DNA from: Octopus vulgaris
Lineage: Eukaryota
Assembly: GCA_951406725.2 (NCBI GenBank)
Contig: OX597815.1
Span: 34,410,001 to 34,474,000 of the forward strand
Direction of reading: 5' to 3'
Length of the DNA stretch: 64,000 bases
Below, piece by piece: positions 56,805-64,000 of the stretch. Position 1 is the first letter of the stretch. The number at the start of each line of letters is the position of its first letter. A program made the translations under genes and the position numbers. Below the pieces are notes generated by a model. That model saw only the letters and a list, made by a program, of their open reading frames with translations. It did no database searches and was not told the DNA's origin.

Positions 56805-57597
56805 GTGAAACTCTCGCGGCGTCCAACAACATCAGAGACCTGGGAGTAATTGTGGACAACAACATAAGCTGGGCCACTCATATAAACACCAAAGTTGACA
56901 TGGCCCGCAGAATGTGTTCCTGGATTCTCAGAACTTTCCAGTCGAGAGATATCCACACCATTATCCTTCTCTTCTCCACTTTTGCCCGACCCCACCTTGA
57001 ATACTGTTGTCCACTGTGGTCTCCCCACACAATACAAGGTATCATAAAAGTTGAAGCACCTCAAAGGGCAATCACAAAAAAGATAGATGGCATGACAGGC
57101 CTCGACTATTGGGGTCGACTAGAAAAGCTAAAACTCTATTCTCTCCAACGTCGTCGTGAGCGCTACATCATCTGCATGATGTGGAAAATATTCCATCAGC
57201 ATTGCCCAAATGATGTTGACATCACCTTTAAGGTACATCCAAGGCTTGGGCCCCGTGCCATCCGCCCAAAACAAAAATCGCACTCTCATCTCATAACAAC
57301 AACACGGCACAATTATTTCACCTCAATTGGCCCCGCTCTCTTTAACATTACACCAAAACACATTAAAACAGAAACTGACCCTATAGGGTTCAAGAAGTCT
57401 TTGGACAGATTCCTTCAAGAAATCCCGGATAAACCCCCTACACCCGGATATGTCTCTGTAAACAATAACTCTCTACTTGAGTGGGCCATAGTGCCCAAAT
57501 TCTGACTTGAAAGACTTCACCAGGTGGTGCTATTAAGTTAGACATGGCCTGAGCCAATAATGGCCGAAACGTATCAAAGTATCAAAGTATCAAAGTA
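56805..57597 (+). mobile_element. Young 5'-truncated CR1/L2-group LINE with open ORF2 C-terminus (56852-57505)
   Basis: RDLGVIVDNNISWATHI..WILRTFQSRD..RPHLEYCCPLWSPH..LEKLKLYSLQRRRER; no stops over 217 codons; tail (ATCAAAGT)3. Confidence 0.9.
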
Positions 57598-57714
57598 TAT
57601 ATATATATATATAGTTAATCCAAGCATGAATTCACAAAGAGAAAACACAACAACGCGAGGACTTGGAACAAGTATAGTATTATTGGACGCTCAGGAAAAC
57701 AGGAAAGAAGGAGG

Positions 57715-57749
57715 ATTTAACGTTTCGAGCGGAGCTCTTCTTCAGAAAC
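57715..57749 (-). ncRNA. Minimal type I hammerhead ribozyme motif with intact core in a Penelope-like terminus (about 57614-57790)
   Basis: Minus strand GTTT-CTGAAGA-A-GAGCtccGCTC-GAAA-CG-TT-AAAT; palindromic AACGTT stem III. Confidence 0.7.
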
Positions 57750-58004
57750 ATAGGAAAAGGAAAGATCCAAAGAAGGGAAAAAAATATATATAATTGTCTA
57801 AAGTTTTCGTTGCTTCTTGCAAGTTCTTGCACTCACTTCATTGAATAAGGAGCAAGCAGCAAGGAGAATTTTAGAAAAAATTAAACGAGTGGAAATCCAA
57901 CGGGTGAGTGAGTTATTTAATAAGGCATTAAAACAGAATGACGCTCCCCAGACAATAAAATATGCTTTAACATACGAATTCACATAAAGAATCTTGCAAA
58001 CCAA

Positions 58005-58141
58005 ATCAGTAAGTAGCTAGCTTACCAACCACAAGGATCCGGATTCAGTCGCACTGCATTGAGCAAGTTTCTTCTACTATAGCCTCGGGCCAACCAAAGC
58101 CTTCTGGGTGGATTTGGTAGACGGAAATTGAAAGAAGCCCG
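58005..58141 (+). mobile_element. SINE family B, 5' half
   Basis: GTAAGTAGCT..TTACCAACCAC...GGATTTGGTAGACGGAAATTGAAAGAAGCCCG. Confidence 0.8.
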
Positions 58142-59053
58142 CATGAGATTGAACATGTATACAGTTCTACCAATTACACTTGGGGTTACCTTTCAAAATC
58201 CTTGTTTTGGCGCGCTAAAATACCGGAAATAAATCTGCAGAAAATAAATTTCAGCAGTGAATTTTGCCGGTTAGAGAACATAGTTATTTAAATTTTAATT
58301 TAAAATGATATGGGTGAAAAATTGAATATTAATTTGATTAATATCAATTCAAAACCAGTGGTCTAGCATATTAAAATCTGAAGATTCAGAAAAATTATAT
58401 TATATACATATAAGAGGGATGACCACTACGTGGACATCCATTAAGCTAAAACTAGATCCGCTTGGTCTTACCACTAAGAAAGGAATGTTCTCAAGAAAAT
58501 TTTAGCAAACGCCAGAACGTAAGCGAGCAAGTCAAATGACAAAAAACAAAATATAGATTAATCACAAACTAGTTTCGCTATTATCACTTACGTAATTGCT
58601 TTGTTCTGTATCTTCAGATTTTAATATGCTAGACCACTGGTTTTGAATTGATATTAATCAAATTAATATTCAATTTTTCACTCACATTATTTTATATTTA
58701 AATTTAAATAAGTATGTTCGCTAACCGGCAAAATTTACTACAGAAATTTTCTGTAGATTTATTTCCGGTATTTTAGCGCGCCAAAACGCAAACTTTTGAA
58801 AGATAACCCTAAGTGTAATTGGTAAAACTGTATACATGTTCAATCTCATGCGGACGTCTCGTGTATAGTTCTTCAAATTATATTTGCAAAGACGATCACA
58901 CTGATGAATTACGGACAACTACATGAGTAATTACGTAAGTGATTATAGCGAAATTAATTTGTGATTAATCTATATCTTGTTTCTTTTCATTTGTCTTGCT
59001 CGCTTACGTTCTGGCGTTTGCTAACATTTTCTTGAGAACATTCCTTTCTTAGT

Positions 59054-59056
<3 letters not shown>
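58139..59056. mobile_element. Penelope-like or retrozyme-like insertion with interleaved inverted repeats, ending at (TA)n
   Basis: 58139-58390 is inverted to about 58605-58853; 58470-58600 is inverted to about 58925-59056; hammerhead at 58895-58965. Confidence 0.65.
58895..58965 (+). ncRNA. Type I hammerhead ribozyme motif with extended stem II region
   Basis: ATCACA-CTGATGA-[42 nt]-GAAA-TTAA-TT-TGTGAT: perfect 6-bp stem I, canonical core, palindromic stem III (CTAG in the inverted copy); stem II closing pairs are imperfect. Confidence 0.7.
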
Positions 59057-59106
<50 letters not shown>

Positions 59107-59759
59107 GGGAAACGAAAATGAGGTGAGAGAAATAACTCAGTGTCCAGTGGCGTGTACTTGAACTAAAAAGATTAATAATAATGATATATATTAAATATCA
59201 TAGTAGAAAGATTTTTGATTTGTAAAAATTACCTCTGCTTCTGGAGAAGGTAGAACAATTGCTGAGGGCGGTTGGGACAAACTCTAAATTGACAAGAGGA
59301 GATAATCTCAAAAGAACAAGATGTCTTCAAAACTGGCATGTCATTATGGAAAAAAAAAATAGCCTGATTGTCGGGCGACGTGAGGATAGTACTGGGTCAT
59401 ATTTCCTTCTGAAAATGCTTCGTCAGCAAAGTAATCGCTCCACCTTATCTCCAGCAGAACGAGACTGATACGTACTAAGAAGAGGAAAACACATTTCTGT
59501 AGTGGTACTGTTATGGGAGAATCCTGAACACCTTCATGTGACTTAAGGTGGACTACCCGATTGCAATAAATAAGAACTGAGTGAACTGTCAGGCGGGTAG
59601 TTTACCGTGTTAGTTCGACCTGTGTTAGTTGAACAGTCGGTAGTTGAACAGTGAATACTGAATATCGTACCTACGTTCGAGTAGTACGGAGTGCGTCTTG
59701 TGATAAAATGTCTTATTTTTGCAATAGTTTATTTTTAGATAACCGACACCAATTTTTTT

Positions 59760-60123
<364 letters not shown>

Positions 60124-60604
60124 CTTATGAATATGTAGTTTGAGCATATCTCCATCCAGAGAACTCAAAAGGAAAAACCCCTGAAATGCTTGAGAAATTT
60201 TTACTGTTGCTTTGATTGTATCCGTAGAATCTGTTCGTTTTTGGAGAAACCAAGAATTTCAAGGGTTTCTATGCAGAATCTATGCAGAAACGTAGCGCAA
60301 TGCACTTGTGATCATTAGAACGAATGAAAAACTGTAACGTGAATGCAAGAGCTTTAGATCTCTCATCAGTTCTCCATAGATATTTTCCTTTTCCTACGAT
60401 CAGAAAAGGCATTCACATCCGATGGGCTGATGTATGTGCGTATTTGTGTATGTATGTATGCGAGTGTATGTATGTATGTATGTATGTATGTATGCATGTA
60501 TGTGTGTATGTATGTATGTATGCATGTATGTATGTATGTATGTATGTATATATGTATGCATGCATGTATGTATGTATGTATGTATGTATGTATATTCTTT
60601 ACTC

Positions 60605-60963
60605 TTTCTCTTTTACTTGTTTCAGTCATTTGACCGTGACCATGCTGGAGCACCGCCTTTTAGTCGAGCAAATCGACCCCGGGACTTATTCTATCGGTCA
60701 CTTTTGGCGAACTGCTAAGATACGGGGACGTAAACACACCAGCATCGGTTGCCAAGCGATATTGGTGGGGGGGGGGACAAATACAGACACATAAACATAT
60801 ACACACACATACATGCATATAAATATATATACATATATACGACGGGCTTCTTTCAGTTTCCGTCTACCAAATCCACTCACAAGGCTTTGGTAGGCCCGAG
60901 GCTATAGTAGAAAACACTTACCCAAGGTGCCACGCAGTGGGACTGAACCCGGAACCATATAGC
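60605..60963 (-). mobile_element. SINE family B
   Basis: Tail, internal microsatellite and core present; head truncated. Confidence 0.88.
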
Positions 60964-61389
60964 CACTTATGTATGCATGTAGGGATGGATGGATGTTTGT
61001 ATGCATGCATGTATGTATGTATGTATGTATGTATACATGCATGGACAAAAATTAACTACTGATTAGAGTACGTACAGTTTAACTATATTTTTATGCCAGC
61101 TTCACAGTTTTGTATCAAAGCTTTGAAACCGACAGCATTGTGTGTGTGCGCGCGCATGTGGGTGCTTGTGCGTGTGTGTGTATGTGTGTGTATGAGCGAG
61201 TGTATGTTTCAAATTTTGATTCAAGGCCAGTATGTTCAGGGGTGGGGGTAAGTCGATTACATCGACCCAGTGCTCAACTGGTACTGGTTTTATCGCCTCC
61301 GAAAGGATAAGGAGCAAAGTCCACTTCGGCGGAATTTGAATACATGTGTGTGTATATATACACACACACATACATACATACATACATGT

Positions 61390-61448
<59 letters not shown>

Positions 61449-61512
61449 GAGTTTAAATCGATATATTATCCTGGCGGTTACCGTGTTTCCTTGAGAAATT
61501 TATCATATATAC

Positions 61513-61570
<58 letters not shown>

Positions 61571-61578
<8 letters not shown>

Positions 61579-61848
61579 AATAAATAAAATATATGCATAT
61601 GTACATACATATATGTACATACTTATATCTACATGTATATATACATGCATATATATAAATATATATATATATACATGCATATATGAGTACAGGACACCAC
61701 AAATAAAAGTAGAACACAACGAGAGACGAGAACATAAAATCAAACAAGGAAACGGACTTTTTTCGTTGTTTAAAAAAAGTCCGTTTCCTTGTTTGATTTT
61801 ATGTTCTCGTCTCTCGTTGTGTTCTACGTTTATTTGTGGTGTCCTGTA

Positions 61849-61894
<46 letters not shown>

Positions 61895-61965
61895 TGTATA
61901 TATACATGTAGATGTAAGTATGTACATATATGTATATATGCATATATTTTATTTATTTATTATAT
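61571..61965. repeat. ~395-bp near-perfect palindrome (arms about 195 bp, loop 8-9 nt)
   Basis: GAGTACAGGACACC...GGAAACGGACTTTTTT-cgttgttt-AAAAAAAGTCCGTTTCC...GGTGTCCTGTACTC; symmetry extends to ATAATAAATAAATAAAATATATGCAT / ATGCATATATTTTATTTATTTATTAT. Confidence 0.92.
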
Positions 61966-62143
61966 TACTATATGACCGAACACACGCGTTATTTCTCTTC
62001 TCCAAGTTTTTATTTATATATATATATATATCAGAGGCGACTCCAGGTCATCTGCATCACTCGGGTTCATCCCAGATTTCGCATCAGACACATGCCTGCT
62101 CGAAGAATATCACGTTTTTTCGCTTTATTTCTAGCCCCTAATG

Positions 62144-62308
62144 CACTAGCGTAGCTACAGGGGTGGCGGCAGGTGGGGGGGGGTCCTCCCCAGGCGCAAA
62201 TTCTAAAGGGGCGGCACTTTTTTGGTCTGCTGTAGGCAATATCTGTTTGTTTGTTTTTTGTTTTTTTTGTGGGGTCCGGCGGCGGCACACAAACTAGTTA
62301 TGCTAGTA
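62144..62308. mobile_element. Small hAT-like MITE
   Basis: TIR CACTAGCGTAGCTA / TAGTTATGCTAGTA; 8-bp TSD CCCTAATG / CCCAAATG. Confidence 0.65.
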
Positions 62309-62339
62309 CCCAAATGACTTATATTTTTTTATATCTATC

Positions 62340-64000
62340 ACTATGTCTTTCTCTATTTTTAAGTTAAGGGTAAAAATAAAACAACCCTGCAAAACACAAC
62401 TGATCTTTTCACGTAGACGCACAGAATAACAGCAATCAAATAAAGACAGCGGAGTGCACAACAAACATTAGCGATGTGACTGTCGCCAGTACTCTTGACA
62501 AGAGATGCCAGTTAGTCTTTTACACCTACCAGGCTCGTTTGTATTAGCATGAATTTTTGGATAATCATTCGATCCTTTTAGAATATTGTAGAACGGAAAT
62601 TTTTCATAGATTGGAATTTAAATCCTAATCTCTATAGTAATTGTGTGTGTGTGAGTATTTCTCTTTTTCATTTGGACATCATTTTGACTGGTTATCCTCT
62701 TTCTCCTTGATTTTCAAAGAAATATTCACATCAGCAGGGCAGATGACCTCTATGAAGGTACGTACTTTTTCTTGTCTCTCCCAAACAACAATATTCGGCT
62801 TGTTATATTTGCACTTGACGGATCTTTTGATGGGAATGTTCCACCGGTATTCCTTGTGTTGATGGTTGTGTACGTATCCAATAACGGGGGATAAGGATAG
62901 TCTTTCTTTTCCGGATGGCATTATATATTGCTTTTGCGACTATGTCGTGGCGCATAAGAGAGTAGTGTGCCTTGATGACATTTTTGGGCGGCTGCTAATC
63001 CCATTTGTGATGTCCCCCACAGAAATATAGCATAACCTACATTTTCGGATGCATCTTGAAGCTTCAAGGGCTTTACTGTCTCTTTTGTTTATTAGGTATT
63101 TTGTAGCAATTTCCTTTTCATGAATTGCAAATGCATCGCCTTCGAAGAGTAAAGTGATGTAGCGGTCACGAGTACAAGAGAGGCTGTACTTCATGTCGAT
63201 ATTACTATCTCTTAAGGTGTCGAGCTGGCAGAATCGTTAGTGCACCGGGCGAAATGCTTAGCGGTATTTCGTCTGCTGCTACGTTCTGAGTTCAAATTCC
63301 GCCGAGGTCGACTTTGCCTTTCATCCTTTCGGGGTCGATTAAATAAGTACTAGTTACGTACTGGGGTCGATATAATCGACTTAATCCGTTTGTCTGTCCT
63401 TGTTTGTCCTCTCTGTGCTTAGCCCCTTGTGGGTAGTAAAGAAATAGGTATTTCGTCTGCCGCTACATTCTGCGTTCAAATTCTGCCGAGATCGATTTTG
63501 CCTTTCATCCTTTCGGAGATCGATAAACTAAGTACCAGTTGCGTACTGCGGTCGATCTAATCGACTGGACCCCCTCCCCCAGAATTTTGGGCCCTGTGCC
63601 TAGAGTAGAAAAGGATATTACTGTCTCTTCTAGCCTTCAGGAAACAACCATGAATAGCGCTTCATATCCGACTCTTCTTTGTGGTGCGTTAATCTGGTTG
63701 CTATGGAGTTGTATGGAAGGTCATCAGGAAGAGGGTGATTCATAAGGAGCTCGCTGCCGACACATAGGATATGAAAATAATGTATCTATAATTTCTGTTG
63801 CTGCTTAGAAAGTGCTGAGAGAGACTATATGATATTCGAAAGCTGTCTGCACTGATCTCAAGCCTCTACCTCCTTCATCTTTTCTTGAGTGAAGTCTATC
63901 AATATTACTATTCTTGTAGAGATTCCAAGTTGATGTCAGTATCTTGCGGGTTTTAACGTCTATGGAGTGGATTTCTTCTACAGACCGGTAAAGTATCCTA
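62340..64000 (-). mobile_element. Decayed R4/Dong-like LINE (CCHC and RLE), running off the window, interrupted by SINE A
   Basis: AFAIHEKEIATKYL..KCRLCYISVGDITNGISSRPKMSSR; WNIPIK..KYNKPNIVVWERQEK..FIEVICPADVNISLKIKEKE; EGGRGL near 63870. Confidence 0.8.
63214..63613 (+). mobile_element. Dimeric SINE family A with 16-bp TSD
   Basis: GATATTACT(A/G)TCTCTT at 63198-63213 and 63614-63629. Confidence 0.92.

Noticed and set aside
56852-57505. 217-aa ORF as a host gene
   Set aside because: It is the C-terminus of a 5'-truncated LINE ORF2 with a tandem-repeat tail and a decayed paralogue in the window

Overview
Eukaryotic, AT-rich DNA dominated by repeats. The very high density of (TA)n/(TG)n/(TACA)n/(GATA)n/(TAA)n microsatellites and the tRNA-derived SINE families suggest a coleoid cephalopod, most likely Octopus (inferred, not database-confirmed). 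No host protein-coding gene, rRNA, true tRNA or CRISPR array could be supported, and almost all ORFs in the track are microsatellite translations. The window reads as a large intron or intergenic region containing: (1) decayed non-LTR retrotransposons (R4/Dong-like RLE elements embedded in TAA repeats, RTE, CR1/L2-group, Hero-like, Tx1-like); (2) three abundant SINE families, one forming tandem arrays inside a single target-site duplication (TSD); (3) DNA-transposon relics (Tigger/pogo-like MITEs, mariner-like, hAT, a Merlin-like MITE with telomeric repeats, Helitron-like elements); (4) several short (TA)n-abutting, Penelope-like termini carrying hammerhead-ribozyme motifs. The most interesting signal is a hammerhead-bearing, circularly permuted, interleaved inverted repeat at 58.1-59.1 kb, plus four minimal hammerhead motifs elsewhere. 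A few unique islands (1.4-2.45 kb, 51.2-51.4 kb, 54.0-54.35 kb) could be regulatory or exonic but are unproven. Family assignments come from motif recognition by eye, and boundaries without a TSD or TIR are approximate.
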